Source of the DNA: Lama guanicoe
Taxonomy: Eukaryota
Direction: 5' to 3'
NCBI GenBank assembly: GCA_013239625.1
Contig: MU053520.1
Coordinates: forward strand, 897,103 to 961,102
DNA length: 64,000 nt
Part shown: positions 51,668-64,000 of the stretch, one piece after another
Position numbering within the stretch: the first letter of the stretch is position 1
How the letters are laid out: the number at the start of each line of letters is the position of its first letter
Position numbers and translations under genes: made by a program
The notes under the pieces: model-generated
What the model saw: the letters and a program-made list of their open reading frames with translations, nothing else
Told to the model about the DNA's origin: nothing
Databases searched by the model: none

Positions 51668-52197
51668 GTAAGTTTTTATACACTCTGACTATATGAGCTG
51701 ATATTTTAGCTTTTATCGATTAAAAAAAAAATACTCACTTGGAAAAGTTAACCTTTCTTTTCTCACCAAAGATATTTTCTATTTATTCATTCAACATACA
51801 TTCATTGCGCTTTATTCATATGATTCATTAATTCAATAAGCATTTTTTTGCTCATCTTCCTGCCTGTCACTCCTAAGCAAACCCCTGAGAATTCAGAAAA
51901 AAAAGTGGAATCCCACCCTGGTTGCTCCTATTATATGGATTAAACAGAACAGTAATCTGATGGAGTGCCTTTACTTCTGTGATGCTGGCATCAAGGGTTT
52001 GAGCAGAACCCAGAGAGCTGAAGCCCGAGGCCTGATTACAATCCCCATATGAGAGAGCCCATGACATCAGATGATTTGAAGTCAAGCAGACTGCTGAAAG
52101 GCTAAGACAACGGCAGACCCTGGCTCAGGAGTTTTATGTTGGATCCTAAAAGGGTTTAGCAGCTCACCATTGCCGTGGATGCATTTTCATTTCATTG

Positions 52198-52249
52198 NNN
52201 NNNNNNNNNNNNNNNNNNNNNNNNNNNNNNNNNNNNNNNNNNNNNNNNN
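52198..52249. other. Assembly gap (52 N)
   Basis: Run of N between the two duplicate copies. Confidence 1.
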
Positions 52250-54350
52250 TGTGTGTGTGTGTGATAAATTCAGACAATAAGCTCAGATATTTGTCTTACC
52301 CCTGCCTTTTTTACATTTCTTTACCACCATTGTGTTTGCAGCTAAAGCAGAAAAGTACTATTTTTGATTTATGGTTTTACCTATTATCAGAAAATGCTGC
52401 TTAACATCGATGACAGATGTGCAGCAAGAACTGAAGGGGGTTTCCTTTTCTGGAAGAAGAATGTTAGACAGTTTACCCAGCTGCCACTGAATCTATGCAT
52501 TGTATTCTTGCAATAAATAACTTTTTACTTAAATGTAATAAAATGCTTTGTTCTAAAATTAGATGTCTCAATTCTCACTTTTGTGTATGTCACATCTACA
52601 AAGAAGAAAATTAAACTCACATAGTTTGAAGATAAAGGAATAGGTCAAATCCTAAAACCAGAACCTAATCCCCTAGCAGCCTATAAAGAGTTCTGAGAAG
52701 ACACTCAGATTTTTGAACAGAACTCTTTATTGGTCTTTGGAGAAATACTCAAATGACATTAGTGGAATTGCATTTTAGAAAGATTACTCTGATTGCAGTC
52801 ATCAGAGCCAAGGTCAAAACCAAGGGGAGAAACCAACGCCATCACTTTTTAGCTCCATACTTAACTTCTAAAGCAGAGTGAGGGTAAGAGGACTGGATGC
52901 CATGCAGAGCAAACATAGGGACCAAGTATTTATCTGTGAACAGAGCTGGTTAAGGAGCACTCAGTTTCATTGAGCACTCGCCATTTGGTGCATGGTTGAG
53001 ACATCCATAGTTAAAGGTTTCGGGTTAGAGGAAGGATAGGGGCTGAATCTTGGAATCTCAGATAAAAACATGAGCAAACTTTTTCACTTTATTCTGCTTT
53101 TGCTAATACCCCTCTCTGAAAGTATGAATATTAAGTATTAGCATACATTAAAAAATTTTTAGTGATGTACAGTCAGTTACAATATATCAGTTTCTGGTGT
53201 ACAGCACAATGTCCCAGTCATGCAGATACATACATGTATTCGTTTTCATATTCTTTCTCTTTAAAGGTTATTACAAGATATTGAATTTAGTTCCTTTTGC
53301 ATACATATTTAAATTAAGCAAAATAACTTAGTAGGAGAATTGGAAAAATAATTTTCTAGGTATAACTAGACTCTATACTCATACACAAAAGCTGTAATAA
53401 GCATTTGAATGCTAGGCTATTTGTTTAAAGGTTTTATACTCATCATCTTTCTCTGCTACACTTAAAGATTTTTTAAAAATCGGATTCTTTGAAAGATACT
53501 GCAGGTGCCACATATATATTTAACTGAAAACCTCTAGATGAAACAACTGACCTGGAGTCTTTTCAAAGGGAATGTTTTCCAAGTTGAAGAAAAATCCAAT
53601 TAAACCTGGTTGATTTGTTCACTGGGGAGCCACAGGTCTAAGCAACGTACCGCAGAATCACAAGAACCTCCAAACGTCCTTTACTGTTCAGGGCAGGATA
53701 TCACACCCACAGGACATCACTGGACCGTCTGCTCAAGTGGAGATATTTGCAAGAAATCCACCAGCCTTTGAAGCTGTTCCCTTTCTACCATCTCTTTGGC
53801 AGTCTTTTTCAACAGGTAAGTTTTTATACACTCTGACTATGTGAGGTGATATTTTAGCTTTTATCGATTAAAAAAAAAATACTCACTTGGAAAAGTTAAC
53901 CTTTCTTTTCTCACCAAAGATATTTTCTATTTATTCATTCAACATACATTCATTGCGCTTTATTCATATGATTCATTAATTCAATAAGCATTTTTTTGCT
54001 CATCTTCCTGCCTGTCACTCCTAAGCAAACCCCTGAGAATTCAGAAAAAAAAGTGGAATCCCACCCTGGTTGCTCCTATTATATGGATTAAACAGAACAG
54101 TAATCTGATGGAGTGCCTTTACTTCTGTGATGCTGGCATCAAGGGTTTGAGCAGAACCCAGAGAGCTGAAGCCCGAGGCCTGATTACAATCCCCATATGA
54201 GAGAGCCCATGACATCAGATGACCTGATTTGAAGCTCAGTCAAGCAGACTGCTGAAAGGCTAAGACAACGGCAGACCCTGGCTCAGGAGTTTTATGTTGG
54301 ATCCTAAAAGGGTTTAGCAGCTCACCATTGCCGTGGATGCATTTTCATTG
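52250..54350. repeat. Copy 2 of ~2.1 kb direct duplication
   Basis: See copy 1; its donor CAG|GTAAGT lies at 53815/53816. Confidence 0.98.
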
Positions 54351-57300
54351 AAAGGTTTAGACCATCTGCCCACTTATTTCTCAACAAACAGTTCACATCA
54401 TGGAAACAACCTTTTTATTTATTTTTTTTAAATTATACTTTACCTATTAAATTAAATGGCACACATATCAAATCCGATACTGGAAATAACTTCAGAAATG
54501 TACAAAATAGGAGCTTGTGGTTTAATAAGAGCATCATGGAGATATTTTGACAGCTAACTCAAAGATGATTTTCTTATAAGAATAATAAGAATTTTTTATG
54601 TATTTCAAAAAATAGATGATGTAAAATCCTCTTAGAGTTTGAAATAAAGCTGACAAGGTGGAAGTCAAATAACACATTTGAGTCACTGGCAGGTGTATTT
54701 GGAGAAGTGGCCGCTGATGAGTGACTGACAAGCAGAGAGGAAGAAGTAAAATAAGTGAAGGATTTCAATTATTCATGTTTCTTAGGAGGAAGCTTGGTTT
54801 TGGCTTAACCTAATGGCATCTCATTTACTGTCTGTTACTCTTGGACCAGGTAGTCTAGAAGGCCTGGAGGAGCGAAAGTCTTTTTCAAGAAAACCCCTTT
54901 GCGATACAGAATCCTGGGAAAGGACAGCCTCACAACACTTCCTAGGAGGGAAGGAAAGGCTGAAACTTCCATGTTGCTTTGAATATAACATTTTCAAGTG
55001 CATTAAAATCACTTATCTAAATTTATTATGATACAATCATGAATTATGTTTGCTCCACATTTGCAACTAGATGGTGCAACAGATGGTGAAGATTTACAGA
55101 AACATTAAAATTCTGGATAAGATACGTTTAATAAATTTGTCAGTGGGAATCTCTAGGGTTATGGGAAGTATTTATATGCCAAATAAGATGGTAGCTAGGT
55201 TTGCAAGAAGGCACAGACCCAGAGAAGGGGGTTTTCACATCTCCGTGATCAAATTGTGAATACGGAAGGTTTTTTTGCAAAGGTTTTTATTGTTGTGAGA
55301 ACTCTAGATGATTTCAAAATGTGTTTCACTGAAGCCTATGTTTTATGCCAAGAGAAGATCTACCAGGAAAAAAAAAAAAAGTCTATGAACAAAACTGCAA
55401 AACAACTGTCTTTGAACAGTTCCTAAACTCAGAAGCATCAGGTTATCCGAGATTTAGCTTCTCTCTGAAATAGAAGTAATAGTTAATCAAATTATAACCA
55501 GCCCCAGTTCCAGCTGTCACAGATTTTTCAGGCCACGCAAACCATACACCTTAGCAAGTCATCTGTTTGTTCACTTACTCAAACAAACAAACATTTATTC
55601 AATCACTCTTATTCCAATAGCATAACAGTAAATTTTATGTTCTTTATATTGGGAAAAAATTCCATTCTCTTAACATTGGATTAACACAGTAAGGATCCAG
55701 AATCTTCTTTAAAATGGATTTGGCTTCATCAGCAAAATTCTTTCTTGAATTACCTTTGATGATTTTTTTCCTCATTTACAGTGAAAAGCATAGTCATCAG
55801 ATCACTATAAATGTATTTTTAACAGTCACTAAAATTTCATTAAGCTCAGCACACAAATAAAAACATTACAGTTTTAAGAAAAATGTTCAGTGAGTCTTAG
55901 TTGTAACAGTAGTGTCAGTGATGTACATCCAATCCAAAAATTCTACAGGAAACATTTTATAAAAATATACATCAAACCAGGGGTTCATGATGCCTTTGTA
56001 AAGGGAATTTTGTGGATCAAAATTCTAACCTTCTAACTTTCTAAGTTAAATGGTTTGGTAATGCTCAGGGTCACCCAGCTAGCAAAGGATGGGGGTTAGA
56101 TTGACAATAAGCTCTGTATGACTCAGAAGTTTCTCTCTAAACACGTCTGCTGTACTTTGCTCGCAGTACTGGCTCTTTTTCCTTGTATTCTAATGGGTGA
56201 GCAACACATCATACTTGGTTATTTCATTTCAACAATAGCACCATCAAAGCTGCAGCTCCTGTTAAGTTGCTGGAATATGTTCTTTTGTACCCCACACTCC
56301 ACTTTTGAATATTAATATACTACTTCTCTTAACCCCAGTGCTCTGGCTGAGACACAAATTTGAAATTCTATTTCCCTCAGCATTGATCTGACTGCAAGAT
56401 TGGCACCACCACACGACTGGCACTAGTATTTGGTCTCTGATGCTCTCACTAATAGATTTTCCATCTGTTATTCTGCCATTTTATTGGTGTATAATTACAT
56501 TACTTTATGTGGCAGTGGACTGCATCGCCAGCTACACACTGACAGGGTAATTTAGTTACAAACCTGACTCATTCAGTACTTAGATGTTGTGTGTTTACCT
56601 CAGCAATAGGCAAAAATGATAGGGTTCCTAATATTAAGACTGCATAAAGCACAAACTTCAAAACAATTTTTAATGTGGAAAATATTCCAAATATTATACT
56701 GCCCCACTGTTATTTGAGTTTTATAAACTGTTCTTAATAAGGAAGACAAAAAATGGAATGGAAGATTCATCTTGGTAACTAACCCAAAGATATATGCTTT
56801 TTAAAAAAAGAAGAGAGAAAAGTAAAACTGTGTATAGCAAAAATTGATTAAATCCAAACTTGGTGATATTTTCAGAAAAATAATTAGCTGAGAGGGAGTT
56901 CTATTTTGAGAGCACAAGGTAAGAAAAATTAGGTCATCCTGTTGGTGTGGTAACAAGTTAACAACCAATCCACAACTTTTAAAAGACAAATAAATGTATT
57001 TGTATATATCATAGCTAAATATAAAACACATTTGCAATAAATAATACATAGAAGAGATGTATACATTGGCTACATAAAAATCTGTTCTGAATAGTGAAAA
57101 AAAATCCCAAGAACTAGGAAATTTTAAAAAATATTATCATTAAATCAAATGGAAAAAATAACCTTTAATAAAGGCACAAGGAGGAAAGGCACAAGGAGAA
57201 AGCTATTGTATACACACTTTCTTTCACATTTTTGAGGGATATAAAATTCCTATGCTGCTTAAACTGTTCCAGAACACTGAAAAATGAAAATCTAATTAAT

Positions 57301-57829
57301 TTTGCTGAGATCATATAGCCCTAATATAAAAAAGAAAATTACAAAGTTACTATGAAATAAAGAAAATTATGTAACTATCTACTTTACAAATATAGATGCA
57401 AAAATGTTTGCATCCAAATTTCAGAAAATCAAAACCCAGCAAAATAAATCTGGAAATAAAACAGTATGGCCAAGTGAGGTTAATTCCAAGAATATAGCTA
57501 TAACTTAAAATCTGAAAACATCACATTGTATCAATATGGATGGTAGAAAGTTATTTTGCAAAGACTGTAGGAGTATTATGTAAAAGTAATGCAACTGTTT
57601 CTGATAATAACTCTTAGAATGAGGAAAGCAAAGATATCTTTATAACCAAGTGTTTCTATCTTAAGATATCCAATATTTAAATGTGAAAAGGGGGAAACAA
57701 AACCAGTCTTCTTGTTAGTTATTTTCTCATTTAGAAAATATAGTTTGTTTGCATACAAATGGTGTTATTTGTATTTACATGCAATGGGTTTCTCATTCTT
57801 TGTAAATTAACTAGTACATATTTTAAGAA

Positions 57830-58260
57830 TCTCAGCTTTAATTACTATTAAGATAAATATTGGTGGATATAGCTTACTACTGTATCTTGGATATATGCCT
57901 AGAGGTTGAACTTTTGAATTATAGGAGAGGCATCTATTTCACTGTATAAGAAACTCCTAAACAATTCTCCAAAGTGGTTTACCATTTTATAGCAACAGTG
58001 CATAAAAATTCCTTTTGCTTCACATTCTTAGCAACATTCTGGTGATTTTATAATATCATACTTGGTTGTCATTTGCATGTCCCAATTACGTTAAATAACA
58101 TTAGGCACTTTTTCATATATTTACTGACCATTTGGATATATTCTCTGGTGAAGTCTAGTCAAGATTTTTGAACTTCAGAAAAAAAATTATTTTGGTGGAT
58201 GGATGGAGCTTGTCTTTTTCTTACTGACTTGCAGATGTTGTTTTTTTCTGGATTCAAAAC
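57830..58260 (-). mobile_element. Ancient L1 ORF2 3' fragment
   Basis: GATATATGCCTAGAGG..TCTCCAAAGTGGTTTACCATTTTA..TTTTCATATATTTACTGACCATTTGGATAT. Confidence 0.7.
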
Positions 58261-58369
58261 CAGAGATAAATTCTTATGATCAACAAGAAAACATCAATCA
58301 TAATATTAGAAACATGGTATGGTATATGGTCTGCAAAAATAGCCCCAATTTTTCCTTTTCCCTCATATG

Positions 58370-58893
58370 CATGTCCTGTGTTATGTAATTTTGTTGTGCT
58401 CTCCCATTCCAAGCAGGGCCTCTGCACCCACACTCCTGGCCCCCTGCCCTTATTTCTAGGCACAGTCATATAATTTGCTGTGGTCAATGGTATGTTAGCA
58501 AACATGACATAACTGACTAGAGGCTGGAAAACGTACTTATAAACTTTCACTCTCTCTCTTGTCTTTCTGCTTTCTCCATGAATGCATGCCCAGAGAAACC
58601 TTCTGGGGGATGAGACATAAGGAGCAGAGCTGAGTCAATCTTGTTATTACAGCCCATGACCCATCCTTGAGCGTGACAGTCAACCAACCTTCCAACATGT
58701 GAGGCAGCCCTGGCAAGAACAGCAAAGCCTCTTCACAGGTGTGGCTGACTGTAGACGCATGAGCAAACTTAGACTGAAAAGACTGCGAGCCAACCCAGCG
58801 CTGTGAGCTAAAGGAGTGATTATTCTTTTCAGCCACTTGTTTTCGTGGTTGTTTTCTATGCAGCACAATTGTTACAACAGTTAACTGATACAC
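58370..58893 (+). mobile_element. MLT1 (H-like) MaLR LTR
   Basis: TGGTCAATGGTATGTTAGCAAACATGAC..ACTGTAGACGCATGAGC..CAGCCACTTGTTTTCGTGGTTG..TAACTGATACA. Confidence 0.8.
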
Positions 58894-60189
58894 ATGTGCA
58901 AATGATTACACAAAAAGAATTAACACAAATAATACAAAAGGCATTTAAATTCATTAGAAATCAGAATAATTCAAATTCAATAAACAAGGAGATATTTATC
59001 ACTTATCAGGTTGGAAATCATTTTGTTTGACGATATGCAAAGTAGTTAGGAGAAGTGACTATAACAGTGGAATCAAAACATTCTATTTTCTTCCTGAAGG
59101 AGGCATGTAGTATATATCAAAATTTAAAGTATGGCCACTTGATATAGCAATTCCAATTGTCTAATAGTCTGAATTAAATACTTGCAGATGTTTCGCAAAT
59201 ACATGTGCAAAAATGTTTTCAAAACAGTGTTCATTACAAAAAAAATTTTAAGAAAATCAAATGCAAGTGATAAAAATGTCCTTCAATGTGGGAATAGTTG
59301 AATAATTTATATTACATCTTAGAATGCCATGCAGCTGTTAAAAATAATGAAAGTTATTTCTTGATAAAGAAATATATCTCAGACTGCTATCAAATCAAAA
59401 AGAAAGGCAAGAAAGAATGCATATAATGCATATAATTCACATAAATGTGTATTTGTGTATATATGTGTGGACATGTGTATTTACAGATACTTAAAAACAC
59501 ACGATATACATCACATATTAACTTTGTTTGCAATTTTGGGAAAGGAAATAAAGTGGATGGGGAAGAAAGGTGAAACTGTCATATTTTCTTGAGATTGTTA
59601 TTTCTTAAAACTCTTTAAATAAGAGTGTATTCACTTAAAACTTGTGTAATGAAAACATTGATAAGAAGTATTAACTGTTAAAAGAATTAAAACCCAAAAA
59701 AGATCTAGAAGAGCAAATTGCGAAGATTTAGTAGATTTTATGCTATAATAAACTGTCCAAAGAGGGTTAAAAAATAGAAGTCATGAAAGAAAAACAGTAA
59801 ATCTGAATATGCAAACATTAAACACTTCTCCATGTAATAAAACACTAAAAGTGAATTAAAAGTTAATCAACAAAAAATGTTTGAAAAGCATTGCCACAGG
59901 CATAGAGTTAATACACTTCATACACAAACAGACGTTACAAAACAGGAGAAAAAGCTTAAAAAGTGCCAGAGAAGGTAGAAGGCACATTTTATTCTCCTCC
60001 AAAAATTCTCCAAAGGATATTCTCCAAAGAAGAAATGCAGACAACAAGCATCAAAAAAAAAAAAAAAGAAAGACTTCAACTTGAATAACCATCAATACAA
60101 TGCACATTAAAACATTAACAAGATGCCATTTTACCTTTTAAACTGAGGAAGAATAAATAATGTTCATGAAGATGATACAGCTGGTCAAA

Positions 60190-60385
60190 TGATTGTTGTG
60201 CACTGCTCTGGATGTAGCTGAAATTCATCAGGGTATAACTTTTCAATTTGGCTCTCCATGTCTGGGGTTGCCCATCCTTGGATTCAACCAATCACAGATC
60301 ATGTCATACTGTCATTTCTTGAAAAAAATAGCTGCACAGAAGTGGAGTCGTGCAGTTTAAGCTTATTGTCCAAGGGTCCACTCTA
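60190..60385. mobile_element. MER8/Tigger2-like MITE remnant
   Basis: CATCCTTGGATTCAACCAATCACAGATC..AAGTGGA..TGCAGTTTAAGC..TCCAAGGGTCCACTCTA. Confidence 0.6.
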
Positions 60386-61607
60386 CTCCTAATGGTGCTG
60401 TAGCAAAAACACACCCTCTTTCCTATCAACAGGAATCTAAATTGGTAGACATTTCTAGAGAAAAAATTAGCTATGATTTAGAAAGATGATCAAAAGAAAA
60501 TATTGAGACACATTAACAGTGATTATATTTGGATATTAGTATAAGGAGTAATTTATTTTTTATTACTTCTATTTGTTAAAAAATATTAAAAATTTTTAAC
60601 GGCCTGACTGCCTCACAAGAGAGGTTCTTAATATGCAGATGGCTGTGCAAACACTGTGAAATTTCAGTTTCCTGTTTGCCAGGTGTTTGTGATTACTGGG
60701 AGGGTTATTGGTACTGAAAGTGAATGCAGAATATCAAATTGAGGATGGGACACAATCTTAACAACTCAACATTAGAGAAAGGACTGGGGGAAGATATAGA
60801 CTGTTAGCAGATCTGTCCTTAGGTGTGGAAATGTTGAGAAAGTTTATATTCTTTCTAACTTTTTGAAAATACTGGAGTTACCAAAAATGAGTATATGTTA
60901 CATTTATAATGAAACAAAAAAATGTTTACGAAACAATGATTGGTTATTTCTTTAGGGGAAAGGATTGTTCTCAAACTCTAGAATATCTTATATGATTCTG
61001 TTACAGTCTAGTTTCAACATCTCAAATGAGAACTTTCAATGTTTTATCTCCAAGTGTTGCTAGTGTTTTGCTTTATTTTGTTTACATTGCAGTATCAAGA
61101 AACAATTCCAACTCTTCATCCTACATTTTTGCCTTTATATAATAATGTCTTCTCCTGACGTTTGAAAGGTAATTTCAAAAGCTCAAAGAAATCAACTTCT
61201 CTATATGTAATAAATGTTTGTGCCTCTTAAATAATTTTAATCCTAATACCTCTTGCTGTTTTTTTAAGTTACTCCCTTTCATATCAGATAATTTGTTCCT
61301 CTTCTCCTGCCAGCTGCCTACAGAAATCCTACTTTATATCACTGTTGAAACTTCAAAAGAAATCCTCAGCACAATGGATTTATTCTTTTTGAGCTTAATT
61401 CTCTTTGTTAAATTTTTTTTCTTTACCTACAGTAAAGAAACCAAAATAGAATTGAATTTTATTGAACTTTGTCCTATAGTGAAGTTTCAGCTCAGGTTTT
61501 TTGAATCAGATTTGATATGATGAATGTCAGTCACCACATTATGTTAGATAATAATGCACACATGGACTCATTCTCCTGATTTTTACTCTCATTCTTTTAT
61601 TGAACGT

Positions 61608-61648
61608 ATTTCTGTAAATAAATTTCTGTAAATAAATTTCTGTAAATT
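61608..61648. repeat. 14-bp tandem repeat, nearly 3 copies
   Basis: ATTTCTGTAAATAA repeated. Confidence 0.9.
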
Positions 61649-63079
61649 TCCCATGTAATATACAATATTGTTCTAACATCCCTTAAATTAAACTGAATGA
61701 AACAAATATAGTAGCTTAAATAAAAATTGGCCTGGACAGAGAATCTAATTAATCATAGACCGACAGTTAAAATTCAGAAAATAAAGGGAAATATACACAA
61801 TCTTAAAAGTCTTATTAAGGACAAGAAAAAAATCTGAGCTCTAGACCACTGAATATTTTTGTATATATTTTCTGCTGTAACTTTTGATGTAATTCACTAA
61901 TCACCCTGCTAGCATTCATTGGCTTCCTACTGCACTTTGACTAAAATCCAAACTCCTGGCCATAACCTACAGAGCCGTGACCTGTCTCATGCTTATCTTT
62001 CTGGCTTCATCTCTTGCCACATTATACTCCCACCATTCTGGCTGTTTTCTAGTTCTGAGAACACATGTCATTCCCACTTCAAAGCCTTTGAATTTGAAAT
62101 TCCCTATATCAGGGTTGTTTTTGTTCCCACTTCGTATTGCCGATTCCTTCTCATCTTTCAAGGATGGAAATATTCCACTTTCATAGGTTGTCCTTTTATT
62201 ATTTACTTTTAAATTTCTGTACCCAGTCTCTTTCTTTCAAAACATGCATCACAGTTTGGAATTGCATATTTATTTATTGGGCTTCTTAATGTCTATCTTC
62301 CTCTGTGGATGCTGAGAACCAAAAAGATGGGATAACATGAACATGCCACTTAGCATCAAGCATAAAGTGACCATATAATTCATGGTCAATAACATCTGGT
62401 AAATGAATGATCAAATATAAATAAATAAGTAATGCTACACATACATAATTGTACACTAATAAGACCACACTTCAAAGACCATGTGAAAAGCCATGGCATA
62501 AATATTGTAGAAAATATATTTTTTAACCTCCCTTGCTGCTGTGTATCCAAAGTTCAAAGCAGTATGTAATAATGAATAGACAAAAAAAAAAAAAAAACTT
62601 CAGAAAGACACAGAATATTAACGTCAAAATGGACTTGAAATGCTTTGCTTTAACCTTTCAGTTTTTTCTAGAACTTAGCAAAATGTAGATCCAGGCAACC
62701 TTCAGAAGACAAACACAGGGACCTCTAAACAGCAGTCCTAAAAAGTAAATCCAGAGGAGAAAGACCAGAAGTTGTCTCCCAAGAGAACCATCCAAAGCTA
62801 AAAGTGATGTTAAAAGTAAAAAAATCTGCACGCACACACTCCCCACCCTGCCACACTGCCTTCCCTCTCAAGTCAGCAAATTCCAACCACATTGGCATTT
62901 CTCAGTCATTTTGGAAGGGCAAACTCTGCCTCAAGCAGATTGCCCATGTTGTCTTCACTTCTTGGAAGGATCTTCCTTTCATGTAACTTACTGGCTCACC
63001 TTAAAATATTACCTCCATGTTCCTGAAAAATAAACCAAGTAGCTCTGTTTTGTTCTGTTGCAGCACTTGTAAATTTTAC

Positions 63080-63317
63080 NNNNNNNNNNNNNNNNNNNNN
63101 NNNNNNNNNNNNNNNNNNNNNNNNNNNNNNNNNNNNNNNNNNNNNNNNNNNNNNNNNNNNNNNNNNNNNNNNNNNNNNNNNNNNNNNNNNNNNNNNNNNN
63201 NNNNNNNNNNNNNNNNNNNNNNNNNNNNNNNNNNNNNNNNNNNNNNNNNNNNNNNNNNNNNNNNNNNNNNNNNNNNNNNNNNNNNNNNNNNNNNNNNNNN
63301 NNNNNNNNNNNNNNNNN
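63080..63317. other. Assembly gap (238 N)
   Basis: Run of N. Confidence 1.
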
Positions 63318-63324
63318 TGGTTTC

Positions 63325-63545
63325 TTCTCTTTTTTTTTAATTGAAATATAGTCAATTTACAATGTGTCAATTTCTGGTGTACAGCATAATGTTTCAGTCA
63401 TACATATATACACATTTTTGTTTTCACATTTTTTTCATTATAGGTCACTGTAGGATATTGAATGCAGTTCCCTGTCCTATGCAGAAGAAACTTGTTTATC
63501 TGCTTCATATATAGTAGTTAGTAGTTGCAAATCTCGAACTCCCCA
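63325..63545 (-). mobile_element. Camelid-type L1 3' end
   Basis: TTTTAATTGAAATATAGTCAATTTACAATGTGTCAATTTCTGGTGTACAGCATAATG...TTGCAAATCTCGAACTCCC. Confidence 0.9.
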
Positions 63546-63547
63546 TC

Positions 63548-63805
63548 TTCTAAGGGCTCTCTGCTTGGCTTGTAGAGGGCTGCTTTCTCCCTGTAACTGC
63601 ACATGGTCTTCTCCATGTGTGTGTTTTTGTCCTAATCTCCTCTTTTTATAAGGACATTTGTCACATTGGATTAGGGCCCATTTTAAAGATTACCCTTTAA
63701 CTTCATTACCTCTTTAAAGATCATATCTCCAAAATACAGTCACATTCTGAGGTACTGGGGATTCGGATTTCTTGAAAAGAGGGACATAATTTGGAACTTA
63801 ACACC
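63548..63805 (-). mobile_element. MLT1A/B-like MaLR LTR fragment
   Basis: GTCCTAATCTCCTCTTTTTATAAGGACA..CACATTGGATTAGGGCCCA..AATACAGTCACATTCTGAGGTACTGGGG. Confidence 0.85.
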
Positions 63806-64000
63806 ATTATATTACCAGTGTATTTCTCAGAACCTGGTACATATGGGTGCTTTTATTTAAAAAAAAATTTAAACTGACTATACTTCTATTAAAGAAATGA
63901 TATTTATAAAAGACATGAATAATTGAGTGCAATATTTCTTTGTGCAATTAAGAGAAATGAGGCACAAACTACTCTTAACGAAGTCCTGTAAAACAACTCC

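Larger units (their letters stand above)
50104..52197. repeat. Copy 1 of ~2.1 kb direct duplication
   Basis: Colinear with 52250-54350, offset ~2150, roughly 98% identical by eye. Confidence 0.98.

Noticed and set aside
61290..61440. Acceptor-like TTCCTCTTCTCCTGCCAG followed by an ATG
   Set aside because: No convincing downstream donor or recognisable coding sequence.
1..64000. Many short MIR/L2 and ancient L1 remnants (e.g. ~6.0-6.5, 16.75-16.9, 21.9-22.1, 28.2-28.45, 32.2-32.8, 45.5-45.6, 61.9-62.4 kb)
   Set aside because: Probably real, but too degenerate to delimit by eye, and ordinary.

Overview
Mammalian genomic DNA, AT-rich and dominated by repeats, with no intact protein-coding gene that I can support. 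It is most likely camelid (alpaca/camel), inferred from a Vic-1-like tRNA-derived SINE and camelid-type L1 3' ends. Recognisable content: a frameshifted processed pseudogene of the heme transporter SLC48A1/HRG1 (~11.45-12.9 kb); many L1 pieces; an internally deleted Tigger1; MITEs; MLT1/ERVL LTRs; several ERV1-type solo LTRs, two of them MER41-like; and a decayed class I ERV gag-pro-pol segment (~40-42.1 kb). A ~2.1 kb near-identical duplication flanks a 52-N gap (50.1-54.35 kb) and contains a candidate non-coding exon. There are three assembly gaps. Nearly all ORFs in the track are spurious or repeat-derived. I see no convincing undescribed biological system. The best leads are the duplication (real or uncollapsed haplotypes) with its possible immune-type promoter, the isoform origin of the retrocopy, and an atypical tail-less L1 insertion. 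Repeat family names were recognised from memory of consensus sequences and need RepeatMasker/Dfam confirmation. Boundaries of old repeats are approximate.
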